This document shows positions 50,065 through 60,296 of a stretch of 64,000 nucleotides of DNA, piece by piece. The position numbers and the translations under genes were made by a program. Source of the stretch: Acetatifactor sp. (GTDB taxonomy: Bacteria > Bacillota > Clostridia > Lachnospirales > Lachnospiraceae). The notes beneath the pieces were generated by a model, which saw nothing but the letters and a program-made list of their open reading frames with translations, was not told where the DNA came from and did no database searches. The stretch is taken from contig JBGVLR010000187.1 of NCBI GenBank assembly GCA_045124375.1, positions 8,848 to 72,847 of the forward strand, given 5' to 3'. Every line of letters starts with the position of its first letter. Position 1 is the stretch's first letter.

Positions 50065-50616
50065 ATGAGTAAAATAGCTGTATTTTTTGCAGAGGGTTTT
50101 GAAGAAATAGAGGCTTTGACGGTAGTGGATATTTGCCGCAGGGCAGGAATTTCCGTGGAAATGGTTTCTGTGAAAGAAGAAAAAGAAGTGACAGGTTCTC
50201 ATGGGATTTGTGTGAATGCAGATAAAGTGTTTGAAGAAGTGGAGTTTGAAAGTCTGGACATGTTGGTATTACCGGGGGGAATGCCGGGAACACTTAATTT
50301 GGAGAAGCATCAGGGATTGATGGCTCGGCTGGATGATTTTTATGCAGCCGGAAAATATGTTGCGGCAATCTGTGCAGCACCGACTGTCATGGGGCATCGT
50401 GGTATGCTGAAGGGCAGGAAGGCATGTTGCTATCCGGGAATGGAAGAGGAACTGGCAGGGGCAGAAGTGGTTTTTGAGCCGGTTGCTATATCAGATCATG
50501 TAATTACTTCCAGAGGAATGGGATGTGCGATTCCGTTCGGACTGGCGATAACGTCAATTCTATGTGGTGAAGAAAAAGCACAAAAGCTTGCAAAGGGAAT
50601 TGTATATCATTCATAA
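50065..50616 (+). CDS. DJ-1/PfpI (YajL/ThiJ) family protein
   Basis: GFEEIEA, LPGGMPG, AICAAP, TSRG. Confidence 0.94.
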   Translation: MSKIAVFFAEGFEEIEALTVVDICRRAGISVEMVSVKEEKEVTGSHGICVNADKVFEEVEFESLDMLVLPGGMPGTLNLEKHQGLMARLDDFYAAGKYVAAICAAPTVMGHRGMLKGRKACCYPGMEEELAGAEVVFEPVAISDHVITSRGMGCAIPFGLAITSILCGEEKAQKLAKGIVYHS

Positions 50617-50710
50617 GAATCTATTTTATAAGCATTCTTCTTTTTGCATATAATGTTAAGGGGAAGAAATCTTTGTCTTAAAAAGCAGCAGAAGGGAGAA
50701 ATGTTATGTT

Positions 50711-50797
50711 ATGGGGTTTATAATAGGGTTTATTATCGGCACACTTACCGGAGTGGTAATTATGTGTCTGTTACAAATACACAAGACGAAAGATTGA
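50711..50797 (+). CDS. 28-aa membrane peptide, DUF3789-like (not in ORF track)
   Basis: MGFIIGFIIGTLTGVVIMCLLQIHKTKD; GAAGGGAG upstream. Confidence 0.55.
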   Translation: MGFIIGFIIGTLTGVVIMCLLQIHKTKD

Positions 50798-50808
50798 GGT
50801 AAAGGAAG

Positions 50809-52107
50809 ATGACAGCGCGAGAGACGGCAGAAGAAATGCTGAAGTTTATACAAAAGAGCCCGACATGTTTTCATGCGGTTGGAAATTTAAAAGAAATGTT
50901 GGAAACAGAAGGCTACCAGGAGCTGAAAGAGGCAGAAGATTGGAGCGTCGTAAAAGGCGGAAAATATTATGTGGTACGCAATGATTCCTCTCTGATAGCT
51001 CTGCAGTTCCCGGATAAAGACGAGATCAAAGGGTTTCATATGGTGGCATCTCACAGTGATTCTCCTTCTTTTAAGGTAAAAGAAGGTCCGGAGATGATTG
51101 TGGAGAAGCAGTATGTAAAGCTGAATACAGAGAAATATGGCGGTATGATTCTGTCAACCTGGCTGGACAGGGCATTGTCCGTGGCAGGAAGAGTGGTGGT
51201 AAAAGAAGGAGAGACGCTGCAGACAAAGCTGGTAAATATTGACAGAGATCTGCTGGTCATTCCTAATGTGGCTATCCATATGAACAGGGAAATGAATAAA
51301 GGGGTAGAATATAATCCGCAGGTGGACATGCTTCCGCTGATGGCAGGAAGTTTATCATCGGAACAAGAACAGGATGGAAAGAATGCTCTGTTAAAGATGG
51401 TTGCGAAAGAGGCAGGAGTAGAGCCGGAGGATATTTTGGGACAGGACTTATTCCTTTATACGAGGGAGCCCGGCAGGATTCTGGGAGCCAATGAGGAATT
51501 TGTATTTTCCCCAAGGCTGGATGATCTGCAATGTGCGTATTCTTCCATGAAAGCATTTTTGGAAAGTAAACCGCAGGAATATATTAATGTCTGCGCAGTG
51601 TTCGATAACGAAGAAGTAGGCAGCGGGACCAGACAGGGAGCAGATTCTACTTTCCTGGAGGATGTGCTGATAAGAGTATGTGAAGCAGCTGATAAAACGC
51701 CGGGACAGTATCGTCAGCTGGTGGCAGGGAGCTTCCTGATTTCGGCAGATAATGCCCATGCAGTTCATCCCAATCATCCGGAAAAGGCGGACCCAACCAA
51801 TCGTCCATACTTAAACGGCGGTATTGTGATTAAATTCCATGGCAATCAGAAATATACTTCTGATGCAGTATCTTCTGCCAAGATGAAAGATCTTTGTAAG
51901 AAGGCCGGAGTACCATGCCAGATTTATACGAATCGTTCGGATATCCTTGGGGGTTCTACGCTGGGAAATATTTCTACGGCCCATGTTTCGGTGTCAAGTG
52001 TGGATATCGGATTGCCGCAGGTGGCAATGCATTCTGCTGTGGAAACAGCAGGCATCATGGATACCTGGTATTGTGTAGAAGCCTTAAAAGTGTTCTATCA
52101 GGAATAA
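50809..52107 (+). CDS. M18 family aminopeptidase
   Basis: SHSDSP, RLDDL, DNEEVGS, SADNAHAVHPN, AMHS. Confidence 0.95.
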   Translation: MTARETAEEMLKFIQKSPTCFHAVGNLKEMLETEGYQELKEAEDWSVVKGGKYYVVRNDSSLIALQFPDKDEIKGFHMVASHSDSPSFKVKEGPEMIVEKQYVKLNTEKYGGMILSTWLDRALSVAGRVVVKEGETLQTKLVNIDRDLLVIPNVAIHMNREMNKGVEYNPQVDMLPLMAGSLSSEQEQDGKNALLKMVAKEAGVEPEDILGQDLFLYTREPGRILGANEEFVFSPRLDDLQCAYSSMKAFLESKPQEYINVCAVFDNEEVGSGTRQGADSTFLEDVLIRVCEAADKTPGQYRQLVAGSFLISADNAHAVHPNHPEKADPTNRPYLNGGIVIKFHGNQKYTSDAVSSAKMKDLCKKAGVPCQIYTNRSDILGGSTLGNISTAHVSVSSVDIGLPQVAMHSAVETAGIMDTWYCVEALKVFYQE

Positions 52108-52119
52108 AGAAGTATATAA

Positions 52120-52153
52120 AAAGTCTGCCTATCGTTAGATGGGCAGACTTTTT
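52120..52153. terminator. Bidirectional terminator
   Basis: AAAAGTCTGCCTATC...GATGGGCAGACTTTTT. Confidence 0.85.
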
Positions 52154-53949
52154 GCAGTACAAAGTGCACCGAATCCCACTTTGTTATTGGGATATACAGC
52201 TTCTCCTCTGATTGGCTGTGCGCCACGTCTCAGATATGCTTTTATTTTCTCACCATATAGAAAACGGTCATTCCCTTTCACAATCCCCCATTCCATAAGA
52301 AGCGCGGCACTGCCGCTCACGACAGGTGTAGCGAAGGAAGTCCCTGTAAACGTCTGGTATCCTCCATACAGATCGGGGGCTGCAAGATTCACGCCGGGAG
52401 CCGCCAGATCCGGTTTGACCAGTCCGGCAGTTACCACGCCGATGGTCCGGCCGGTTCCTGCATAGCCTCTTCCGGAGAAATCTGCATAAGAGTCATAGGT
52501 GCTGTCGTAGGCACCCACTGTGATGACTTTGGCGGAAGTGGATGGAATGGTCAGAGTGACCTGAGGAGTAGGTGCGGTAAAGCCGGTCCGTTCATTTCTG
52601 CCTGCAGCAGAAGGCAGGTAAAAATAATATTGTCCTACACTTACATCTACGGGTTCCAGGATAAATTGCCAGATACCGCTGCCAATATAAGGGCCAGTAA
52701 CAGGAAGCATCTCAATATAGAGTTCACGATCTACGGAATAAGGAGAAGGTTCTCCTAAGTAGACCAACAGGTCGGTCTGCTCTATTCGCAGGGTATATTT
52801 GCCGGATTGGATATTAAATGGAAGTTCCTGACGTGTACCTCCCGGTGAACGGAGAGAAATCCTATAATTGTCACTGTACTGTGTCCACAGCTGCACGCTG
52901 AGGCTTGATTCATAGTCTGCAATAGCCAGGTCCACAGCAGCAGGGGAGGAGAGCGCATTGCCGGCTGCATGACCGGCGGAATTGCCTTCGTTTCCGCTGC
53001 CTACACAGATAACGGTGCGGCCGATCTCGGAGGCATTGTCCAGGAAGCGTTCCAGCAGACTGCTTCCGTCATGAGACCCGTAGCTGTTGCCGAAGCTTAA
53101 ATTGATAACAAGCGGCATGTTAAGTTCCAGTGCTTTTCGCAGTGCATAAGTTACACCACGCATAATTTCAGTAGTACGGGGAAAGCCTTCTTCCCTGGGG
53201 AGTCCCAGTTTGACAATGAGAAGCTTGCTGCCGGGAGCCACGCCCTCATAATGATAAGAAGCAGAAGCCTGTGAGGTATACCCAGCCGCAATACCGGTCA
53301 CGGCAGTACCGTGCCCGCTTGCATCGATGCTTGGGACAAGCTTCATTTTTTCAGCAGGAGTGGTGGACGAAAGAGCCTCGTTTATCTGGGCCTCACTGTA
53401 TTCACTGCCAATGTAGAAACCGGCTGGCGGCTGGCCGGAAGCAGCAGTCTGATCCCAAAGAGAAAGGATTCTGGTGGAACCGTCTTCTGTACGGAATTCC
53501 CTGCGCGCGTAATCAATGCCGGAGTCAATGACGGCAATTAATACGCCTTCCCCGGAGAGAAAAGGTTCCCGTCTGGTAACGGGATAGACGCATGCATCGG
53601 TCAGAATATCCGTGCTTTCAGAGATTGGAGCAGTCAACTGAGCCATGGTAAGCTGTGATACAGAAGAATAATAATATCTCTTTGGTTTTTCCACATATTC
53701 GATTTCTTCCAACTCGGCCACGGAATCTACAAGCTTTTCCGGTACTGTCAGAATCGCATATCCTGCAATCAGATATTCTACCCGGATATTTAAAGCACTC
53801 AATTCATCCAGGCTGCCGTGGTATTTTACTATCAATTCCCAGGTCTGTTCGGCAGAATCAAATCCTACGTTCAGATTGTCGGTCTGTAACCGGATGTTTT
53901 CCGGTGTTTCCAAAGCAAGATTTAATAGATTTTCCAGTTTTTGATTCAT
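52135..53949 (-). CDS. S8 subtilisin-like protease, clostridial Csp type
   Basis: Triad motifs IDSGID, GHGTAV, GTSFATP; SGNEG oxyanion Asn; large insert; YGEKIKAYL. Confidence 0.88.
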   Translation of the reverse strand: MNQKLENLLNLALETPENIRLQTDNLNVGFDSAEQTWELIVKYHGSLDELSALNIRVEYLIAGYAILTVPEKLVDSVAELEEIEYVEKPKRYYYSSVSQLTMAQLTAPISESTDILTDACVYPVTRREPFLSGEGVLIAVIDSGIDYARREFRTEDGSTRILSLWDQTAASGQPPAGFYIGSEYSEAQINEALSSTTPAEKMKLVPSIDASGHGTAVTGIAAGYTSQASASYHYEGVAPGSKLLIVKLGLPREEGFPRTTEIMRGVTYALRKALELNMPLVINLSFGNSYGSHDGSSLLERFLDNASEIGRTVICVGSGNEGNSAGHAAGNALSSPAAVDLAIADYESSLSVQLWTQYSDNYRISLRSPGGTRQELPFNIQSGKYTLRIEQTDLLVYLGEPSPYSVDRELYIEMLPVTGPYIGSGIWQFILEPVDVSVGQYYFYLPSAAGRNERTGFTAPTPQVTLTIPSTSAKVITVGAYDSTYDSYADFSGRGYAGTGRTIGVVTAGLVKPDLAAPGVNLAAPDLYGGYQTFTGTSFATPVVSGSAALLMEWGIVKGNDRFLYGEKIKAYLRRGAQPIRGEAVYPNNKVGFGALCTAKSLPI

Positions 53950-54020
53950 AAAAGCTCCTGAAGCTTTTATAATTTTATATGTAGAAGAGAAACAGTTTAT
54001 TCTTTATCCGAACAGAGTGA

Positions 54021-55670
54021 TCAATCAGCAGTTGACCGGGGAGACCTGCTGTAAGCTGCGCCGATACCGAGGATGACGAACATGGCAGGCTCATTCAGAA
54101 TTTGTTGGAAGCTTACAATATTATGAATGGAATAAGCCAGTATTGCCAGGCCACAGGCACCGATCAGGCTATGATAAGGCTGATCCTGATTTGCTCCTTT
54201 TTTCAAAAAATAATAAACAGCGCTGATGATCATGCAGGCAAAACTGATAAAGCCGAAGATACCCAGGTTTACTAAAATGGTCAGCCATTCGTTGTGAGCA
54301 TTAGATAAGTGGCTGCTGGGCCAGAGCCTGTTCAGCATGTCAAGGAGCGTATCGCCGGCATCCTGATAGAAAAATTCTCCCATACAGTCAGGTCCTACAC
54401 CGATCAGCTTACGGGGAAAAGACAACTCTAGCCAGGCCAGAACACCGGCTTTCCAGGTAGCACCTCTGCGGCTTCCCCATTCTTCAGAGAAGGTGAAGAA
54501 GGAATAGTCAGAGAGAAAACCGATGCTTCCCGGATTTATGGTATTCATAATCAACAGAATTACAAAAATAAGCAAGGCAGCTAAGCAAAAAACTGCCAGA
54601 CCTGTGGCCAGACGGCGAAAGTGCTTGACCGGATAGGTTCCCTTTTGACAGTAACGATGTATCCAAATATAAACAGCAAGTGCCAGAAGTGTCAGGATGA
54701 TTGGCAGTGGCGTATAAGTCAGGAGATTATTGGTGGTCTCCTGATAGGTAATGGCATCCGGAAAGAGCAGTCTGATTCCCAGAGTGACCAGGCAGGACAA
54801 ACCCAGTATCAGTGCAATTTCACAGTAACGCTCCGTCTTGTGCCCATCAGAAACAGACAAAAGGAGCAGGACAAAGAAGATGCCCAAAAGAGTCAGAATG
54901 CCGCTGCTGCTGCCGTTGGTAACCAATGCGGCAAAGCCAATGAAAAGATAAACGTTAAGCAAGTTTTTCTGCCATCTTTTGGAGAAGGCGTCGGACCAGG
55001 CCAGATAGACAGCTCCGAACAGAATCGTTACCATATAGCCGCAGTACCAGTTGATATTGCCGGCAAGGGAGATGAACTGTGGATTTTCACTGGCATCCAT
55101 GTGGATGGGCCAGATGCCAAAGCGGTTCAGGTAGCCTAAGGCGAAAAGAATCGCGGAGACGGGGAGCATCAGCAGAGGAATCCACAGCCGATTCTTCCAG
55201 AAACGGGAGATCAGAAAATAGCCGCCTGCCAGAGAAAGCTGCATCAGGGCTCCCATTGACCAGTTGGCAGAGCCTATGACAGCAGTCTCCCGATAATCTG
55301 AAAAAAGATAAGATATCAGTACAGAAAGAAAATAGCCTGCCACACATAAATCTGTGACAGAATAGTTTTTCAAAGAGGGCAAATTTAATTTTGAAGTCTT
55401 CACCATCTGTATGATATGTAAAATCAGTTGTATCAGCAAAAAGATCAACAGGAATCTGTCAAAATATTTCAGAAAAGAGGTAAAAAATTCCCGTTTATCG
55501 GTACCGATCTTTGAGTAGCTGGATTTATTATAGAGAGGTATTCCGACTATGACTACCATCATGAAAATACAGGTCAGGAAATCCAGCATATGACCATTAT
55601 CCTGATAAAGGTTTGCTAATAGTGTTGGTTTTTCGCCGGAACCTTTTTTCTTCGCTAATTTATTACTCAT
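54021..55670 (-). CDS. O-antigen ligase (Wzy_C) family membrane protein
   Basis: GNINW, SRRGATW, GVGPD, NAHNEWL; ATG 55670 behind AGGAGG (longer ORF start is repeat-derived). Confidence 0.85.
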   Translation of the reverse strand: MSNKLAKKKGSGEKPTLLANLYQDNGHMLDFLTCIFMMVVIVGIPLYNKSSYSKIGTDKREFFTSFLKYFDRFLLIFLLIQLILHIIQMVKTSKLNLPSLKNYSVTDLCVAGYFLSVLISYLFSDYRETAVIGSANWSMGALMQLSLAGGYFLISRFWKNRLWIPLLMLPVSAILFALGYLNRFGIWPIHMDASENPQFISLAGNINWYCGYMVTILFGAVYLAWSDAFSKRWQKNLLNVYLFIGFAALVTNGSSSGILTLLGIFFVLLLLSVSDGHKTERYCEIALILGLSCLVTLGIRLLFPDAITYQETTNNLLTYTPLPIILTLLALAVYIWIHRYCQKGTYPVKHFRRLATGLAVFCLAALLIFVILLIMNTINPGSIGFLSDYSFFTFSEEWGSRRGATWKAGVLAWLELSFPRKLIGVGPDCMGEFFYQDAGDTLLDMLNRLWPSSHLSNAHNEWLTILVNLGIFGFISFACMIISAVYYFLKKGANQDQPYHSLIGACGLAILAYSIHNIVSFQQILNEPAMFVILGIGAAYSRSPRSTAD

Positions 55671-55685
55671 TTGAATTCCTCCTGA

Positions 55686-55815
55686 GCGCCTGCGGCGCTT
55701 TTCGCTGCTACGCAGCTGCCTTTGCTCATAGATGGGCGCTCTGCTCATAGCAAGAAGGATGTGTTCATTCATGCAAGCATGATTCACACATCTTTCTTAC
55801 TATGGCTGAACTGTT
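55686..55815. mobile_element. MITE-like element, subfamily B, one end truncated
   Basis: Matches 24368-24495 including GATGTGTTCATTCATGCAAGCATGATTCACACATCT; ends GGCTGAACTGTT. Confidence 0.85.
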
Positions 55816-55822
55816 TAATAAA

Positions 55823-55851
55823 ATAGTAACTTATTAAGAGGATATTGTCAA
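55823..55851 (-). promoter_or_regulatory. SigA-type promoter for the ligase-like gene
   Basis: TTGACA-17-TACTAT on the minus strand. Confidence 0.6.
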
Positions 55852-55912
55852 ATGGGAGTTTCGCGATTATAATTAAGTACAGTTCACACATGGAAAGTTG
55901 AGGAAAGTCAAA

Positions 55913-57256
55913 ATGGATCTGTTTGAATACATGCGATCGACCAATATGGAAAAGGAATCTCCGCTTGCTGCCAGGATGAGGCCACGGACGCTGGATGAAG
56001 TGGTGGGGCAGGAGCATATTATCGGTAAGGACAAGCTACTGTATCGCGCTATCAAGGCTGATAAGATCAGTTCCGTTATTTTCTATGGACCGCCCGGAAC
56101 CGGCAAGACCACTTTGGCAAAGGTGATAGCCAACACTACCAGTGCAGAGTTTACTCAGATCAATGCTACGGTAGCAGGCAAGAAGGATATGGAAGAAGTG
56201 GTGGCCAAGGCAAAGGATCTGCAGGGAATGTACGGGAAGAGGACGATTCTTTTCATTGATGAGATTCACCGCTTTAATAAGGGACAACAGGATTATCTGT
56301 TGCCGTTTGTAGAGGACGGGACGCTGATCCTCATAGGAGCTACCACGGAGAATCCGTATTTTGAAGTGAACGGTGCGTTGATATCCAGGTCTGTCATTTT
56401 TGAATTGAAGCCCATTCCCGAAGAAGCGGTGAAAGAGCTTTTGAGGAAGGCAGTCTATGACAACGAAAGAGGTATGGGTGCTTACCATGCTGTTATCGAT
56501 GAGGATGCCCTGGATTTTCTGGCGGATTTATCCGGTGGAGATGCCAGACATGCGTTAAATGCCATTGAACTTGGGATCATGACTACCCAGAGGGCGGAGG
56601 ACGGCAAGATTCATATTACGCTGGAAGTGGCGCAGGAGTGCATTCAGAAGCGGGCTGTCAGATATGATAAGAATGGAGATAATCATTACGATACGATATC
56701 AGCTTTTATCAAAAGTATGAGAGGTTCGGATCCGGATGCGGCGGTTTATTACCTGGCAAGAATGCTTTATGCGGGAGAGAGTGTGACATTTATCGCACGA
56801 AGAATCATGATCTGTGCGTCTGAGGACGTGGGAAATGCAGATCCCAATGCGCTGGTGGTGGCAGTCAATGCCTCGCTGGCAGTAGAGCGGGTGGGGATGC
56901 CGGAAGCACAGATCATACTGGCGCAGGCAGTCACGTATGTAGCAAGCGCCCCTAAGAGCAATGCTGCCTGCAATGCGATCTTCCGGGCGATGAATGAAGT
57001 AGAACAGACAGGCAACCTGCCGATTCCGACTCATCTGCAGGATGCCCATTATAAAGGAGCAGCAAAATTGGGTCACGGAACAGGATATAAATATGCTCAT
57101 GATTATCCGAACCATTATGTGGATCAACAGTATCTTCCGTACGAACTGAACGGAAAGGAATTTTACAAGCCCACTGGCAACGGATATGAGGTGAAGATAA
57201 AAGAACATATGCGCAGGATCAGGAAAGAAGCAGGGCAGCAGGAACGGTATGAATAA
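55913..57256 (+). CDS. rarA: Replication-associated recombination protein A
   Basis: PLAARMRP, GPPGTGKTT, DEIHRF, GATTENP, SEDVG. Confidence 0.96.
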   Translation: MDLFEYMRSTNMEKESPLAARMRPRTLDEVVGQEHIIGKDKLLYRAIKADKISSVIFYGPPGTGKTTLAKVIANTTSAEFTQINATVAGKKDMEEVVAKAKDLQGMYGKRTILFIDEIHRFNKGQQDYLLPFVEDGTLILIGATTENPYFEVNGALISRSVIFELKPIPEEAVKELLRKAVYDNERGMGAYHAVIDEDALDFLADLSGGDARHALNAIELGIMTTQRAEDGKIHITLEVAQECIQKRAVRYDKNGDNHYDTISAFIKSMRGSDPDAAVYYLARMLYAGESVTFIARRIMICASEDVGNADPNALVVAVNASLAVERVGMPEAQIILAQAVTYVASAPKSNAACNAIFRAMNEVEQTGNLPIPTHLQDAHYKGAAKLGHGTGYKYAHDYPNHYVDQQYLPYELNGKEFYKPTGNGYEVKIKEHMRRIRKEAGQQERYE

Positions 57257-57298
57257 ATAAAATGAGCATAATTTTGTCAAGATGAAGAAGGGAGTAAA

Positions 57299-57814
57299 TT
57301 AAAACAACTGCTCAATCAGATACTTATAAATCTCCTGGTTCTTTTTTTGCCAGTTATCGCAAATGGAAGAGGCCATTTCCTCCATCGGAACCGATAAGGT
57401 AATGTCCACCAGATTGATTCCACGGTCTTTGGCGATCAGCCTGGCTTCATATTCGCCGGAAGTGGACTTATAGTAATCAGCCAACACAGAGACTTCATTT
57501 CGAAGCGTGAATTCATTCTTGCGAAGATATTCGTTAATATCATTTTTAATGGCATCACTGATGCGGTTCTCGAAATATTGAAGCGTCTCCCGGCCTTCAT
57601 CGGTGATAGCCAGATGTGTCCTGTTACGGATGGTCTGAGCAGAGATCATGCCTGTCTCGGTGAGCTCATTGATGACCTGCTGCAGTGTCAGGAAATTGGT
57701 ATAATCCTTATCCAGGATAAAGTCGCTGATCTGTGCAGTAGTAAGCGGAAAGGAAACCCTGTTCAGCATATAAAGAACGATTAATTTGTAAAGTGTAAGT
57801 GGATCCTGAAGCAT
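57299..57814 (-). CDS. DUF4364 family protein
   Basis: LYKLIVLYML, YTNFLTLQQ, ICDNW. Confidence 0.8.
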   Translation of the reverse strand: MLQDPLTLYKLIVLYMLNRVSFPLTTAQISDFILDKDYTNFLTLQQVINELTETGMISAQTIRNRTHLAITDEGRETLQYFENRISDAIKNDINEYLRKNEFTLRNEVSVLADYYKSTSGEYEARLIAKDRGINLVDITLSVPMEEMASSICDNWQKKNQEIYKYLIEQLF

Positions 57815-57834
57815 AAGTTTTCCTCCCGATGATT

Positions 57835-58827
57835 TTACTTGTAAAGTCTGCCCTGATAAGCTCCTTGTATACGCATCCTTGCGTGCAGAGAATTCAGAAC
57901 ATCTCTTTTATGAAGGCTCCATAACGGAGCAATCGTCAGATCTTTCGGCCCGTCACCGGTGACTCTGTGGACAACGATTTCGGGACAAAGTAATTCCAGA
58001 CAGTGGATGAGAATATCCAGATAAGCATCCTTGGATAAAGTCTCAAAATTGCCCTGCTGATAAAGTAACGCCAGATCGGTTCCTTTCAGAATATGCAGAA
58101 GCTGCAGCTTGATGCCGAAAGGCTGACAGCGGTTCAGATAACGAATGGTCTCATACATATCCTTCGGAGTTTCCCCGGGAAGTCCCAGTATAGCGTGTAC
58201 AATAACCGGTATGGAACGTTCCTTTAATTTGCGGAAACTGTCTGCAAAACAGTCCAAATGATAGCCTCTGCGGATGAAAGCAGCAGAAGCTTCATGAATG
58301 GATTGAAGCCCCAGTTCGATCCAGATAAATTTCTCCGGATACCGTTCCATAAGTTTTGATAATAAAGTCAGGACATCTTCCCCGAGACAGTCCGGGCGGG
58401 TAGCAATGGAGATACCGCACACATCGGGATGTTTCAAAGCCTCAGTATAGACTTGTTCCAGATAAGGAAGCGGAGCATACGTATTGGTATAAGCCTGAAA
58501 ATAAGCAATGAAATGCTCGCCTGTCTTTTTACTATGAAAAAGGGAGAGACCTTCTTTTAACTGTGCCTCAATGCCACGCCCCAAAGTACTGACTGCAAAA
58601 TCGCCGCTCCCACCTGCGCTGCAGAAGATACAGCCCCGGGTGTCCAGGGTGCCGTCCCGATTGGGACAGGTCATATGGGCATCCAGGGCAATTTTGTAAC
58701 ATTTGTGATGATATGTGGCTTTGCAATAGGCATCCAGAGAATAATAGGGCTTACCAAGCCAGATATCCGGTATCTGCATAGCAGGCCGGGTGTCATGCGG
58801 TCGTACGGTGCTGTATCTGTCTGACAT
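57835..58827 (-). CDS. TIGR01212 (YhcC/YtqA) radical SAM protein
   Basis: TCPNRDG...GCIFC, YFQAYTNTY, TRPDC, ELGLQS, HRVTGD. Confidence 0.92.
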   Translation of the reverse strand: MSDRYSTVRPHDTRPAMQIPDIWLGKPYYSLDAYCKATYHHKCYKIALDAHMTCPNRDGTLDTRGCIFCSAGGSGDFAVSTLGRGIEAQLKEGLSLFHSKKTGEHFIAYFQAYTNTYAPLPYLEQVYTEALKHPDVCGISIATRPDCLGEDVLTLLSKLMERYPEKFIWIELGLQSIHEASAAFIRRGYHLDCFADSFRKLKERSIPVIVHAILGLPGETPKDMYETIRYLNRCQPFGIKLQLLHILKGTDLALLYQQGNFETLSKDAYLDILIHCLELLCPEIVVHRVTGDGPKDLTIAPLWSLHKRDVLNSLHARMRIQGAYQGRLYK

Positions 58828-59981
58828 TAACGCTTGATATGAGACTTCACAGCCTCTGCTACCAGTTCTGCTACCTTAGGATTAAAAGCTTCCGGCAGGA
58901 TATTGTTTTCATTCAGTTCCTCGGCCGGTACCAGGCTGGCGATTGCTTCGGCAGCAGCCAGCTTCATTTCTTCGGTAATCTGGGAAGCGCGTCCTTCCAG
59001 AGCGCCTTTGAAGATGCCGGGGAAAGCGATGACGTTGTTGACCTGATTAGGGAAGTCACTGCGTCCGGTTCCTACTACGCGGGCACCGGCAGCTTTGGCG
59101 GCATCCGGCATGATCTCAGGAACAGGGTTAGCCATGGCGAAGAGAATAGCATCTTTTTTCATGGAAGCGACCATTTCAGGAGATACGATATTAGGAGCGG
59201 ACACGCCGATGAAGATATCGGCACCTTTCAGTGCATCTGCCAAAGTACCTGTCTCATTCTGCAGGTTGGTTACTTCGGTCATCTTCTTCTGCATCCAGTT
59301 CAAACCTTCGGTAGCTTTGGAAACGATACCGACTTTATCACACATTACGATGTTGGGGAAACCATAGGTCAGAAGCAGTTTGGTGATTGCCACACCTGCA
59401 CTTCCGGCACCGTTTACCACAATCTTACAGTCTTCTTTCTTCTTGCCAACCACCTTCAGGGCGTTGATGATACCTGCCAGTACTACGATAGCGGTACCAT
59501 GCTGGTCATCGTGGAAAACAGGAATATCCAGAGTCGCTTTCAGACGCTCTTCGATTTCAAAACAACGGGGAGCACTGATGTCCTCCAGATTGATTCCACC
59601 GAAGCCGGGAGCCAGCCAGGTAACGGCCTTGATAATTTCTTCGGTATCCTGGGTATCCAGGCAGATAGGAACAGCGTTAACACCGCCGAATTCCTTGAAC
59701 AATACAGCTTTACCCTCCATAACGGGCATGGCGGCATGAGGTCCGATATTGCCCAGACCGAGTACGGCACTTCCGTCAGAAACTACAGCTACGGTGTTGG
59801 CTTTCATCGTATATTTATAAGCAGCTTCCTTGTCCTGAGCAATAACTTTACAGGGTTCTGCAACACCCGGGGTATAAGCCAGAGACAGATCTTCACGGGA
59901 TTTCACGGGAGTCTTGGAAGTGATTTCCAGCTTACCGTTCCATTGTTCATGCAGATATAATGCTTTTTCGTTTGTAGTCAT
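58827..59981 (-). CDS. NAD(P)-dependent malic enzyme
   Basis: AYTPGVA, PVMEGK, FHDDQHGT, GAGSAG, ANPVPE, NQVNN. Confidence 0.95.
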   Translation of the reverse strand: MTTNEKALYLHEQWNGKLEITSKTPVKSREDLSLAYTPGVAEPCKVIAQDKEAAYKYTMKANTVAVVSDGSAVLGLGNIGPHAAMPVMEGKAVLFKEFGGVNAVPICLDTQDTEEIIKAVTWLAPGFGGINLEDISAPRCFEIEERLKATLDIPVFHDDQHGTAIVVLAGIINALKVVGKKKEDCKIVVNGAGSAGVAITKLLLTYGFPNIVMCDKVGIVSKATEGLNWMQKKMTEVTNLQNETGTLADALKGADIFIGVSAPNIVSPEMVASMKKDAILFAMANPVPEIMPDAAKAAGARVVGTGRSDFPNQVNNVIAFPGIFKGALEGRASQITEEMKLAAAEAIASLVPAEELNENNILPEAFNPKVAELVAEAVKSHIKR

Positions 59982-60296
59982 AAAGACATCCTCTTTTCTG
60001 ATTGATATATATTTTAGCCCGTGCAGCTTAACATAAGTTTTGCAGCATGGCTTGTCTGTAACCATAATATAATAAAATTTGCTTCCCCGCAAGTGTTTTG
60101 GACTTGCTATTTGGAAAAAAATGAGTTATAATGACCCCAGTACGATAAATCGAGTCTTGAAGTCATGGTCGCACGTCCAAGACACATCTTGATTGAATAC
60201 AATTAATCATTACCCCAAGTTAGACAGTTTTATAAGGTAATTAAATGAACGGCATTGCCGGGTTCATTTTCATTTAATATATTCAGGAGGAATCGA

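Noticed and set aside
55671-55787. N-terminal extension of the O-antigen ligase ORF
   Set aside because: Derived from the repeat element; a strong SD supports ATG 55670.
55860-55900. LexA box upstream of rarA
   Set aside because: Only the GTTC half of GAAC-N4-GTTC is present.
58839-59960. 373-aa plus-strand ORF
   Set aside because: Antisense shadow of the malic enzyme gene; no motifs or RBS. The same applies to 47305-48192, 27348-28349 and 26156-26836.
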